64,000 nucleotides of DNA from Eledone cirrhosa (lineage: Eukaryota), in the NCBI GenBank assembly GCA_964016885.1, contig OZ024742.1:26412001-26476000 (forward strand), in the 5' to 3' direction. Below, piece after piece: positions 43,431-56,830 of this stretch. A program made the translations under genes and the position numbers. Position 1 is the first letter of the stretch. Each line of letters begins with the position of its first letter. The notes beneath the pieces are model-generated. The model was not told the DNA's origin and ran no database searches. It worked only from the letters and a program-made list of their open reading frames with translations.

Positions 43431-44144
43431 ATATATATGCACACATATATATAAAAAAATAAATAAAGTGTGGGCATTCAAAGACAAAAACATTCCGTAC
43501 TCTATCGATTGGTCTATTTTAGTCCATTCAAGAGAATACCAAAGGGGCACAAAGAATTGTTCTTTATGCACCACGGAAACATTTAGAATTCTCCAAAATT
43601 TGAAAGCCATTTGCACTTGCCTTATCTCCAAGACCGAGATCTTCAGATGTTGTCCTCACCTGAAATCGCATCTACTTTGTAACTGGATTGACATTCCTAC
43701 GATGACTCAACCACCTTCAACGTCTTCTTAACTCATTATGCCTTACATCCACTACGTTGCTTATTACTCTCTGAACTCACATTCTTTACCCATATATTCT
43801 TTTTCTCCCTCATCTCCTCTTATATTTATTTTTTTCCCGATGATATTTATATTTCTGTTAACTTATAATCCCTCCCCCCATACTTTCTACCTTACCCTTT
43901 ACACACCCACCTCTTATACATATAGATATATTATTTTCATATATATATATATAAATATGTGTGTGTGTGTGTGTGCTTATGTGAGTGTGTATATATTGTG
44001 CGTGTATATGTATGTTTATGAGTATATGTTTTTATATGTATGTATATGTATATATAGATATATGTATATATATATATATATGTGTGTATATATATGTATG
44101 TATATATATATATGTAGATGTAACTTTATGCATGTGTGTGGGTG

Positions 44145-44180
<36 letters not shown>

Positions 44181-44374
44181 TATACAAAGATATAAAATAT
44201 TTAATATCATTGAATATTTACTCCAGAAAACTGTTGAGTGCTCTAAATCAGTTATACATATTTATATTTATATTTGTCGGATTTCCAACAAATTGAATAT
44301 CCCTTCTACTTATATATATATATATATATATACATATATGTGCGTGCATATGTACTTCTACATATGCATATGCG

Positions 44375-44409
<35 letters not shown>

Positions 44410-44516
44410 CGGCGATGAATTAGTTTTGCGAGGTTTTTTATATGAAATCGTGTGTCGAAACAAAAAAAAAAAAATGGCGTAGACATACAACACAACAGGA
44501 GGAACAATGAATATAA

Positions 44517-44590
44517 CACCACTGACGATGTTGCAGATGTGCAACGAAAGATTTATGTAAACTATATATATATGTGTTTGTCTATATTGT
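44517..44590 (+). ncRNA. Degenerate hammerhead candidate (family H) in an insert at ~44409-44770
   Basis: CTGACGA-t-GTTGCA-gatg-TGCAAC-GAAA-ga...tc-TA. Stem I is only partly paired. Confidence 0.5.
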
Positions 44591-44762
44591 ATCTGTATTA
44601 TTTTTGACCGCCGGTCAGTCAATGGCAACATTGAGGACCGAGTAAGTTAGATCGCAGATACATATATATAAAAGACAGCGAGAAGCGAAAACCAACCAAA
44701 CAGTGAGTGTGTTCTGTTATTAATTCTGGCAATATTACGCAAATATGACCCTCCCCAAATAT

Positions 44763-44815
<53 letters not shown>

Positions 44816-45467
44816 AATAATGACATACTCTTAAAGAATGCAACCATTACTGTTGGAAGCTCCCGTATATACTTATTTGTGTGTATGTTTGTGCTGTATA
44901 TATGTGTGTGTGTATATGTATTTATATGTATGTGTATGTGTATATATATATATATATATTTGTTTTATTTTGTGAAATTGCTTACTACGTGTGTTTATTT
45001 ATTTTTATTTGTTTTTTCATCTCTCGTATCGTTGTCAACGTGCTACTTTTTTATTTTTTATTTTTTTTGTGTTTATATTTGACTTTAATTATTTTTTGCT
45101 TTTATTTATTTATTAATATGACTTGATGTATATGTATTTATCTATGCCTGTTAATATGACAGCTTATTTTTAAAGTATATGGGCGTAGTCGAGTGTGTAT
45201 ATGATTGTTTATTTATTTTTATTTATTTTTTGTATATTTATGTGTGTATATATATCTATGTATGTGTGTATATATATATATGTATGTGTGTGGATGCGTA
45301 TTTATGTGTGTGTATATGTATATTTATATATATATGTGTAAAATTGTGTGTGTGTGTTTATATACTTATTATTTATAATCTTTTTGTTTTCTTCTTCCCT
45401 CAGCCTCAATTTCATAGTTCCTATATTTTTGTTTTCAAATCCACTTTCAACAAAAACACCAGGATAT

Positions 45468-45527
45468 TTTCATTCTGACGGCTGAAAGCAGATCTGTTTG
45501 CTTTCAAGAAACCACTGGTAAATGAAA
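45468..45527 (+). ncRNA. Type I hammerhead ribozyme (family B; A9G substitution in core)
   Basis: tttcatt-CTGACGG-ctgaaagc...gctttcaa-GAAA-ccactgg-TA-aatgaaa. Confidence 0.75.
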
Positions 45528-45552
45528 TAATTATCTTATGTTGTTTCTTACA

Positions 45553-45589
<37 letters not shown>

Positions 45590-45662
45590 GTGTGTGTGTG
45601 TGAGTGTGTGTATATATTTATATGTTTGTGTGTGTATATGTATATATATATGTGTCTGTGCG

Positions 45663-45742
<80 letters not shown>

Positions 45743-45919
45743 ACAAAGTATGACCATGACGGCAGAGTTCAAACCGTTTCGACGGCTATTTCTGAACGTC
45801 GAAACGGCTTGAGCTCTGTCGTTTGGGTCATACTTTTTCTTATTTCCTCCTCTACTACCCTAAGTATTGAGTACTCTGGTGCGTTATGGTCCATCTAGTT
45901 CCTTACCACAATTCCTTTG

Positions 45920-46001
<82 letters not shown>

Positions 46002-46035
46002 CCACAATGCTTCAAGCAAACTTCAATATTCTCTC

Positions 46036-46067
<32 letters not shown>

Positions 46068-46259
46068 TATATTTATATACTTATGTATATATATATATAT
46101 ATATAGAGAGAGAAATAAGATGAACTCTAAAATGCAACTGGAGTCTATTGTTCTATAATATATATATATATTTGATTCCTTTACCGGTTTCGCAGTTCTT
46201 CCGCTTTTCAAAAGTAGAGTTGAGATGGAGGAAACCACAGACCCTCCATCTCAACTCTA

Positions 46260-46295
46260 CTTTTGAAAAGCAGAAGAACTGCGAAACCGGTAAAG
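46260..46295 (+). ncRNA. Minimal hammerhead, U3-A8 variant (family F); inverted twin at 46178-46214
   Basis: ctt-TTGAAAA-GCAG-aagaa-CTGC-GAAA-CCGG-TA-aag. The twin has GCGG/CTGC in stem II (G-U compatible). Both sit in a ~240-bp fold-back at 46119-46359. Confidence 0.78.
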
Positions 46296-46450
46296 GAACC
46301 AAATAAATATATATATATAAAAAAAAAAAAAACTCCAGTTGCAATTTCGACTTCATCCTTTTTCCTTATACTTTCACTCGCGTAAGACACCTCGGTTATT
46401 TTTCATCTTGTAAAAAAAACCCCTCTTTCTAATATATCTATCTATCTATC

Positions 46451-46500
<50 letters not shown>

Positions 46501-46571
46501 GGGTGGTGTGAGTGTGTGCGTGTATGTATATATATGTATATATATAAATATATGTATATATATGTATGTAC

Positions 46572-47020
<449 letters not shown>

Positions 47021-47097
47021 ATATATTTAACAGTAATAAACGAAGCTAAATTTTAAACATTTGTCTTATTTATTTAACTTTATTTTATATATATATA

Positions 47098-47280
47098 TAC
47101 GCTATTGTTTTAGAGTAGTGAGAGTTTCACTTACTTTTAATTTTCATCAAACAGGGGAGATAAAGCTGGAAGAGCTCTGTTTCTTACCAAAAAGTAGGAA
47201 ACAGAGCTCTGTCAGCTTTATCTCCCCTGTTTGCTGAAAATGTAAAGTAAGTGAGACTGTCACTAATCTAAAATAGCGTA
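47098..47280. repeat. ~180-bp diverged fold-back with a hammerhead 3' half (GAAACagagctctGTC) next to the turn
   Basis: Arms tacgctatt...gagctctgtttc and gaaacagagctc...aatagcgta. Palindromic stem III ACAGAGCTCTGT with a GUC site. No CUGANGA. Confidence 0.65.
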
Positions 47281-47340
47281 AGGTCTTTGAAATGCTTTTA
47301 ACTAAGCATACAGTGTATTGCAAAATACACTATATATACA

Positions 47341-47401
<61 letters not shown>

Positions 47402-47409
47402 TCGCTTTA

Positions 47410-48369
47410 CATGGCTAAATAGAACAAATGTAATCTGAGTCTTTCGAATATTAATGAAAATATTCGGTTCATTTGCAATTATGCAAACATGCTTCTTTTT
47501 TAAAGCCTAGCTGTAACAGTTGGCACGTGAACAGTGAACTGTACTGATGAAGAGTATTTCCCAGAAACATTTATCTCTGCAGTTCTGTTTACATGCCAAC
47601 TCAAGATGAAGAATGAGGGGTTTATTCTACTGACATGGCTTTTCTAAAAAAGAGGCTTGTTTGCATAATTGCAAACGAATCGAATATTATTATTAATATT
47701 CGAAAAACTCAGATTACATTTATTGCATTCAGCCATGGAGAGGACATTTTTTTTTCTTTTTTTAATATGGCGAAGCCGGCCATTAATCGTTCGTATGCGG
47801 GAAACTGACTGGCCAGTCTTCTGATATGCAAATTCTGGGTGATCAGTGGATCTGCTAATATGCAGATCTGACTGATCAGCCAGTTTGCTAATATGGAAAT
47901 CAGGCCGATCATTCACTGTATATTTTAAAATATTCGAATATTCGAATATTAATGAGAATATTCGATTCATTTGCAATTATGCAAACATGCCTCTTTTTTA
48001 AAGCCATATATTTCCACTAGCTCTGACAGTTGGAAGGTGAACAGTGAACTGTACTGTTGAAGGGTAATACCCAGGAACATTAGTGTCTGCAGTTCTGTTT
48101 ACATGCCAACACAAGAGCACGAATGGGGGGGGGGGCTCATTTTATTGACATGTCTATAAAAAAGAGGCTCGTTTGCATAATTGCAAACGAATCGAATATC
48201 TTATTAATATCCCTTTATGATCTGAGTTCAAATCCCGCCAAGGTTAACTTTGCCTTTCGTCCTTACGTGGTCGATAAAATAAAGTACCAGTAATGTACTG
48301 GGATCATTGCTGCCCTTGTGCTAAAAGTAGAAACAATTATTAATATTCGAAAAACTCAGATTACATTTA
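47410..48369 (+). mobile_element. Two copies of a TIR-flanked (MITE-like) cassette, each enclosing a decayed hammerhead (family G; 47536-47585 and 48046-48095)
   Basis: About 95-bp inverted repeats (47410-47507 and 47635-47737), with a second unit at 47940-48369. Consensus core: gaactgta-CTGATGA-agggta/taccca-GAAAC-attagt-GTC-tgcagttc. A SINE interrupts the right TIR of unit 2. Confidence 0.7.
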
Positions 48370-48388
48370 TTATATATATATATATATA

Positions 48389-49080
48389 TGGTTTATTTTC
48401 TTTTGGTCGTTTTGGAAGACTCAACAATGCAGATGGGTAATTCTCTGGGTAACAAGATCCGGTGGTGAAGAGAGAGATGTAAGTGATTGTAGAATGAGAT
48501 GTATAGTGTGTAGAAGATCGTAGGAAAAACTGTAAAAAATAAAAATAATAACACGATATAGAGTTACCTTGGGAGGGATTTAATTGTCCCTATATTTCAG
48601 ATTCACATCTATCGACTGGGCGATTTTTTTTGTGGGAGGAGAGACGGTTAACTGTCGGAGAGGAGCGATACGGGTCCACTGCTGCTCGTTGTTTTGAATA
48701 ACTGAGATTTTCACAGAGTGCGCGTGCGCGGTGAATCAAATTACGCGCGCACGCGCGCTCTGCTGAGAACCTCATTTATTCAAAATAACGAACAGCAGAG
48801 GACACGTATCGCTCCTCTCCAACAGATAACATTCCACACCGGAAAATCCACCAGTTGATGGATGTGAATCCGAAATATAGGGAAAATTAAATCTCTCCAA
48901 AGGTAACTCTATCTCGTGTTATTATTTTTATTTTTCACACTCTTTCTTACGATCTTCTACACACTATACATCTCATTCTACATTCACTTACATCTCTCTC
49001 TTCACCACCGGATCTTGTTACCCAAAGAATTATCCATCTGCATTGTTGAAGCTTCCAAAACGGCCAAAAGAAAATAAATC
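48389..49080. repeat. ~690-bp diverged palindromic (fold-back) element between (TA)n tracts
   Basis: The left arm (tttattttcttttggtcgttttggaag...agagtgcgcgtgcgcg) mirrors the right arm (cgcgcacgcgcgctct...cttccaaaacggccaaaagaaaataaa). Centre near 48738. Confidence 0.85.
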
Positions 49081-49119
49081 TTATTATTCCACAATGCTTC
49101 AAGCAAACGTCAATACTCT

Positions 49120-49217
<98 letters not shown>

Positions 49218-49247
49218 TGTATATATACATACTTGAATTTATATGTA

Positions 49248-49285
<38 letters not shown>

Positions 49286-49290
49286 CACAC

Positions 49291-49340
<50 letters not shown>

Positions 49341-50499
49341 ATATATATATACTCGAATATACGTAATTATTTGTATTTCTACTTCATATTATAGTCTGTC
49401 CATAACCAAACTAGTCGCACTTTATTGTCGGTGTTTTTTTCCATAAGAAGAAAACTAAATGTATCATCCATGACAGTTAGCGCCAAGTTCTAGAATATAC
49501 GGAACGCGGGATGTGTTAAATTGTTCAATGAAAAATATATGGAACTCAACAAATATACAAATATATACCTGTAAAGAGATCCTTGCAAGGAAAAAAACAT
49601 GGCTGAACTGCGGTAAAGAAATGACGTTTTTTTACCATTTTTCTAATCAGGCTATTGAACGTTCATTAGGCTTTTATTCATGTAACTTAGCTTGTGTTAA
49701 TGAGATGTCCTGTGTTGAGATTCACTGAGAATTCTATTGTTCCAGAAATTGTGTCTTTCATCAACTTAAATATATGCAATGACATTTTTTCTACCACATT
49801 TCTCCATTTCTAGAGATAATGTTTTCATGTGAAATATATGTCTCTTTTTTATCTTTCTCTGAAAAGGAACGCATTTACGTACATGTGAGCACATTCGTCG
49901 TCTTAAAGCAAACACAAAATATATAGAAACCTCTTAGAAATAGATTAATTCTCTGGACACACATATCACTACTATTTATATCTATTATAGTTAACTTGTA
50001 GAAAGCGGTAATAATATCTCACATGTCAATTAACAGTTGCAACATAGCATGCCGTACTGTCGAACAAGTATTACAAAAGTTCCCATTTTTAATACACACT
50101 TGTTAAGGTGTTTGTCTAAAAATCGTAACATAGTGGGTTCGATTGCTGAGTAAATCCATTCATTTCTCGTATCGCTGTACAACTCAGGTAAAATGAGTAC
50201 TAGCAGCTGATGAAATATAATTCTGCGTGTTGAAAGGAGATCTGACTTGTATTATCCTTTGAACCGTTAAACCACAGTCAATCCGGGTGATGATTGTGCG
50301 TGTTGATCATGCATGTTTCGGTCAGATTATTTTTTTTCTAACACCTAACCAATTTGTTAAACTTTATCCAACGATGTCATTTTCAAGAGGGAATCATTGC
50401 CTCATTGGAACAGACATACCACCGGAATAACCGAAGTGGGAATAATACAAATTATGAAGTCAATCTCATTTCTATCATGTATAGATAAATTCTTTTTGG

Positions 50500-52420
50500 C
50501 TATCACTGAGGAATCAAAGATAATGTAATAAATTCTTTTGCCGTTACAATGTTCTGATTCATTATGTATATTTGGTGGTTTCTGGTGGGTAGTGTTTGGT
50601 CATGTGTTGCAAACAGAACTCCTTGAGTCTTAATATTTAGTCCCGTGCTTCATAAACTCTTTTAGATTGTGTTTACCCACTACCTGTCTCGTCCCGTGTT
50701 TCACGTATTGGCCATGTAGGGCTTTTCTTGCCATCATTTTATAATATTATTTCGGAGATCTCATTTCAATTTTGATGTCTTCCTTTTTCACGTAATTTTC
50801 TGTCAGTTCGGCCTCTATTTATTTCCATGTTTTGTGGTTGTCTCTTTAACCTTTCCCTTATTCTACATTAATTATTTGTGTAGTCCTACAGTGATTACTT
50901 TATAAAAGTGTTATGTTTGCATATGGCCACTTCTTACATATGTTCTTGCTTGGTGTATTATTTTCTGCATCAGATTTAGGGTGGTGTGTTCTAAATGTAG
51001 TCATTAGTCCCGCTAATTCTTTTAGTATTCAGTTCAGAATGTTACTGGAATCCCTAGATTACCTATGCGTGTTACTGTATACTTTGCATCTACTTCTGTC
51101 TTAAGTAGGAATCTTATCCACCCATATGATACCATTCTAATCTTTTCTTTCACCTGTCTATTTTGTACACCGTCTAATTCAATGATTCCTAACTATTTGT
51201 ATGCCTCTGTTTGATCTAATTATCTTATGTAAGTTTCTGTAAATTGACTGATATTTGTTTACCCTAATTTTCTCTCCAGAGTAACCTGACGTATCTTTTC
51301 TTGATTAAATTTAATGTCTATTTAGATTGTGAATGCATGTACTATCTGCAGCAGTGTTTCACGTGTTCTTTCGTCTGCAGCGCATATTTTTAACCAATAT
51401 CTGCCCTGTTTAGAATCATATGTGATGGTGTCAATTCTAAGGAGATCATAAGTGGTGAAGGGAGTCTCCTTGAAATATACCTTTACAATTTGGAAGGGTC
51501 TCAATATATTTAAATGCATCTTTCATTTGTATCTGAAGTGAAGTATGCCACAGCGATTTTAATGAATATTGATATAATTATGATTAGTTATACATTCTTA
51601 TTATTGTTATTATTATGGATTTGGAAGATTGGTAGAGCGTCGCACACCCTACTTCATGGCATAAAGTTAAGGCCCTTTACATTCTGAGTTCAAATTCCAC
51701 CGATGTGTGCTTTGCCTTTCATCCTTGCGGGGTCGATAAAATAAAGCACCAGTAATGCTATAGGGTCGACTTAATCGACTTCCCCTCTCCCCATAGACTG
51801 GCGTTGTGCCCATAGTAGAAACCATTATTATTATTATTGTATTATTTCGTTTAGCTCAGTTATGTTTCTCTATTGCTGGGTTTAATAGATGTTTTCATTG
51901 TAGAGAGAGAACTCATCTGAGAGTGTATGCAGTTCCTAGTAGCCCGATCTTCTGTAGCTCATAATTGTTGATCTTGAAGGGAAGGACGCTAAGTGCAGGT
52001 CTGAGAATTTGGGTATTAATCCTAATGTTCCTATTACCACAGGGATATAGGGTCTGTGGTCATCCTCAACATGCAGTCGATCTCTATTTCCAGGTTTTGT
52101 ATTTTGACAGTGTTTCCATTGTTTTTGTAGAAGTATACTTGTCGGCTGGTGCGGAAATATTTATAAGGCTACGGGTCCGATCTGTTTTGATTGTATGATT
52201 ATATCTGGCCTGCTGGCAGCGATTTCTCGGTCGGTTAACACACTCACATTCCACAAGATGGATATGTTGCCCTTTTCCATGATTATTTTTGGTTAATGTT
52301 CATACCATTTCTTAGAAGTTTGGATGTCATGAGAGCGGCAGTGCATCCGGTGCATATATTCGGCAACGCGGTTGTGTCATTCGATATAGTCAGTTTTGTT
52401 CACCAGCTCTGGACACACAA
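50500..52420 (-). mobile_element. Old, decayed RLE-type retrotransposon fragments (interrupted by a SINE)
   Basis: Minus-strand traces of KALHGQY (~50710-50730), ILWN (~52250) and LQKIGLLGTAY (~51925-51960). Confidence 0.55.
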
Positions 52421-52494
52421 TGTTGCTGTTCTTGTTGTTGTTGTTGTTGTTCTTCTTCTTCTTCTTCTTATTATTATTATTATTATTATTATTA

Positions 52495-52541
<47 letters not shown>

Positions 52542-52550
52542 GTTGTTATT

Positions 52551-52734
52551 CCTTGAATCTCAGTCATTGATGTTGGTTAACTGGAAAGTCCGTTGGAATG
52601 AATATCAAGCCACTACCTGCAGCCTCAGATATTCAGGACGTATCGGAGGGTTCTTGCTGTTCCAGGCAAGCATGCCTTTTGAAGCGTTCCAAAAAGCGTG
52701 AAGGGGCCGATTTTCTTTAACCATCCCTGGAAAC

Positions 52735-52737
<3 letters not shown>
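52551..52737 (-). mobile_element. ~185-bp 3'-terminal stub of the family-1 element
   Basis: Near-identical to 52790-52976 and flanked by (TTA)n. Confidence 0.9.
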
Positions 52738-52777
<40 letters not shown>

Positions 52778-52863
52778 GTTATTGTTATTCCTTGAATCTC
52801 AGTCATTGATGTTGGTTAACTGGAAAGTCCGTTGGATTGAATATCAAGCCACTACCTGCAGCC

Positions 52864-55800
52864 TCAGATATTCAGGACGTATCGGAGGGTTCTTGCCGTT
52901 CCAAGCAAGCATGCCTTTTGAAGCGTTCCAAAAAGCGTGAAGGGGCCGATTTTCTTTAACCATCCCTGGAAACCTTTGGAGATAGTCCCCAGTGCGCCTA
53001 TGACAATCGGGATCACTTTGACTTCATGGCAGTTCCAAATCCTTTTCACCTCCCACTTTAGGTCCTGGTATCGGTTAATTTTCTCCCTCTCCTTCTCTTG
53101 CACTCTCGTGTCGAACGGGCAGGCCACATCCACAATCAGGCACGATCTTTTTTCTTTGTCCACAACCACCAGGTCAGGTCTATTGTGTTCCAGTTTTTTG
53201 TCCGTCTGTATCCTAAAATCCCACAGCACCTTCACCTGACTGTTCTCCATCACCGCCTCTGGCCTATGCTCATACCATTTCTCAGAATGTGGTAGATTGT
53301 TTGCTTTGCACAGGTGCCAGTGGATCACCCTGCCTATCACATCGTGTCTCCAGCCCTTATAGTGGGTCTGGGCTAGGTGTTTACACTCGGACACAATGTG
53401 AGCCACAGTCTCCTCTCTCTCTCCACAGATCCTGCACAGTGGGCTAGCCTCCTCCTTGTAGATATGGTGCTTCAACCACTTCGTTTTGAGGGCCTGCTCC
53501 TGCGCAGCCATTAGCATTCCTTCTGTAGCCTTTTTGAGGTCTCCTCTTCTCAACCAGTTCCATGTCTGTGGATCTCTAAATTCAGTTTTCTCAAAGAAGG
53601 TACTATGAAGGGATTTTCCCTTAAGGCTTCTCTTCCTCCTTGATGTTATTTCCTCCTTGGATATCCCCTGGCCTACTGTCCCCTCCTTCAGTACAGCTCT
53701 GAGCATTGGCTCCTTACTATAGGTCACGTATTTGTATAGGTTGTTTTTCTCCATCTGAACACAGTCCTCTATGCTGATAAGACCTCTTGCACCCTCAGAT
53801 CTCCTTAGGTAGAGTCTATCGACATCACTCCTCTTGTGGAACATGTTGTAGATAGTCAATAGCTTCCTAGTCTTCCTATCCATTTCTTTTTGTTCAGCAA
53901 CATTCCATCTCAGAATTCCCGCACTGTACCTAATAATAGACACAGCTCGGGAATTTACTGCGCTTATGGCATTTCTGCTGTTCAGATGTGACTTCAATAC
54001 GCTCCTTACTCTCCGAATGTATTCAGTTCTTAACAATTCCTTCATTTTTTTTGTTCTTTATGCCATCAGCCTCCAGAACGCCCAAATACTTGTATCCTTC
54101 CTCAGAGTCAATTTCCTTTATCATCTCACCTGTTGGTATCTGGATCCCGTTACTTCTGCTCAACCTACCCCTCCTCATCACAATGACTCCACATTTACCA
54201 ATACCAAACTGCATACATATATCACTGCTGAAAATACGGACAGTGTCAACAAGCACATCCAACTCCTTCTCACTTTTCCCGAAGAGCTTAAGATCGTCCA
54301 TGAAGAGGAGGTGATTGATGGTAAGCTCTCCCCTTCCCAACTTGTATCCTGCTCTCACTTTTCGCAGCATAATGGTCAAGGGCATCAGGGCAAGGACAAA
54401 CAACAGAGGGGACAGGCTATCTCCCTGGAAGATACCTCTCTTGATCTTCACGCTTCCCAAGGATACTCCAGTTGATGTCAACTCTGTCTCCCAGGACCCC
54501 ATACTCCTGCCCAGCAACTGTCTGATGTTATCTGCCACCCTGAAGATCTCCAGGCTTTTGGTGATCCAGGAATGAGGCACCATGTCAAATGCCTTTCTGT
54601 AGTCTATCCATCCCATGGCAAGATCAGTGTGTCTCCTCCTGCAATTCCCCATTACCATCTTATCAATAAGCAACTGGTCCTTTGTACCACGTGACTTCTT
54701 TCGGCATCCTTTCTATTCGTCCGGCAACAAGTTGTTTGTGTGGAGGTGATGGTAGATTTCCTCAGACACAATGCTCGTCAACAGTTTCCACATTACGGGC
54801 AGACATGTGATAAGTCTATAGTTGGTAATATCATTACCCTTGATTCGGTCTTTCATTATCAGAACTGTGGTACCTTTTGTCAACCACTCTGGCACCTCAC
54901 CCGACACCAAGCAGTCATTGAACATGGCCGTCAGCTTCGGGTGGAGGGATGTTAAATGTTTAATCCAATACCCCTGCACACCATCTGGGCCTGGTGATTT
55001 CCAGTTGGTTAGTTTTTTGGCTTGCCCCTTAAGAGTTTCAACTGTGATACTCAAATCAGTCTGTTGCTGTGCCTGCTCACCGATCTCCCTCTGTACTGTC
55101 TCAATCCACCCTGCCTGGGCATTGTTTCTAACATCCTGCTCCCATATTCCTCTCCAGAATGTGTTAGCTTGTTCCGCCCCAGGGATCAAGTCGTTGCCTC
55201 TTTCTTTCCCCTCAAGCTGTCCAAACAGCATCTTCTGGTTGTTGTCGAACATGCGGTTCTGTTTATACTGACTGACTCTGTTCTCGTATCGCCTGATTTT
55301 GGCACTCTTTGCTACAATGCGTTGCTTCAATTCCTCTATGATAATATTTAGCTTTTTACTCCTAGTTTTGTATTTTATTTGCAGTCTATTTTTAGTGCCT
55401 ATGTTTTTTAGTGTCCCATTCAGTAGTGACTCAAGCTTTCCTATGTCATTTCTCATTTCCCCGATTTGCCCACTCAGTCGCTTCTTCCACCACGGCTCTG
55501 CTCTTTCTTGTCTGTTGTTTCCTCTCGCTTTTATACCAAGTAGTTTCCTCACCCTATTTGCTGTTGCTTTGAGGATATTGTTGCACTGGTGAAGACTCCT
55601 CGCCTCAAGGTATGGGATGACTTTGTTTACCTTAGCTGTTGTTTCTTTTAACTTTTTCCTGTCTACAAATCTTAGGTTCATAGGTCTCCCACTATCATTG
55701 TTCAACTCATCTACCACCAAATTTAGGATGTCAACCGAATCTTGTCCTAGCCCGTCAGCATTCATCTCCTCAGTGGCCGTATCTCTGTTCCAGGTATTAT

Positions 55801-56257
55801 TTATCTCAGTATTCAGATCATTGTTTGCTTCGGGTGGTTCCTCCGTTCTCAGGACCTCCTCACCTTCATTTCCCGCCGGCTCGCTTGTCTGGCATACTAC
55901 ACCCGCCATCTCCAAGCCATTCTCTCTGCTCAGTTCCTCCAGTTCCAGCTCGCTTATCCACCCATTAGTTCTTATTACCCGAGCCTGCCCGGCCAATTTT
56001 TGTTCATCTAATTTAAATAAACCAATCTCGTTCCAGATGTTATGCATCCGTCTCCTGTAGCCCCTCTCCTTGGGGTTACTTTTCAGGTAGCATTGCATAA
56101 CAGTTCTATTCAATTCTTTCGTCCAGTTGGTTCTGGCCCCTTTCCTTCTTCTTCTTCCTCCAACATCAGCAGTATTTGGTTGACAGTCAGGTTCCTGCTG
56201 CTGAGCCAGGGGGCACCTGTTGGGTGAGAGTCTGTCACATGACGTTCTAGTCTCCAT
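52864..56257 (-). pseudogene. RT, CCHC and restriction-like endonuclease polyprotein
   Basis: [50 protein letters not shown]...HIVSEC, RHD and NRPDLVVVD...IVDVACP. Confidence 0.93.
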
Positions 56258-56830
56258 TTCACCGTTATTCGAACTGTTTATGTTCGATATTTAAACACTC
56301 TTATCGAGGATTGGCGAATGTATGTTTACATAGCCATCTGTGGATCCGCCATCCCACTTGGCCCTTGTGTGGCATTATCACCACGCTGTATACGGACACA
56401 CATAAACAAACAAACACACGGGCAGAAAGGGCCCCAAAAATGAATAAGCATAAGTTTCATTGTAATGTAGTATTCGAATGTCTGACTTAGTTTTTGTTTT
56501 TTAAGTTTTACTTTTTCCCCCCTCTTCTCTGTCCGTCCGCCTGCTTCTCTCTTCATTCTTACTTTCTTTACGTTTTTGGGGTTTCTTTTTTTGTTTTTGT
56601 TTTTCTCTGTTTGTTTTTCTCGTTTTTTGCTGTTGTTGCTGTGCTGCTTTTGTTGTTTGTTTTTTCTTTTTTCTTTTGAGTCTATCTATATATTTTGATG
56701 CCTTCCTCTTTGTTAGTAGTAGGAATTCTATAATGTGGAAGTGGCAGCCAGCAGAGACTGGCGGCGTTGGCGATACTGAGACAGTGGTGGTGGTGATGTC
56801 GATACCGAGGCAGTGGTGGCGGTGATGCGA

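Larger units (their letters stand above)
42976..45556 (+). mobile_element. Second Penelope-like element (different family): inverted pLTR, GIY-YIG 3' remnant, microsatellite-riddled 3' region, then pLTR
   Basis: 43468-43690 encodes [37 protein letters not shown]...[18 protein letters not shown], a typical Penelope C-terminus. 43050-43260 is the reverse complement of ~45345-45555. Confidence 0.8.

Noticed and set aside
50200-50250. CTGATGA...GAAA hammerhead-like spacing
   Set aside because: No NUH site or stem I, and it lies within a SINE relic. CTGACGA at ~28270 likewise lacks the rest of the fold.
52551-52737. Stub as proof of an independent second insertion
   Set aside because: It shares the same ttgttatt tail variant with the adjacent copy, so local duplication or template jumping is equally likely.
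54035-54060. Frameshift at the same A-run in both family-1 copies (also ~63920), suggesting programmed frameshifting
   Set aside because: The shifts go in opposite directions (13 vs 11 nt where 12 would be in frame), which points to homopolymer slippage or sequencing error.
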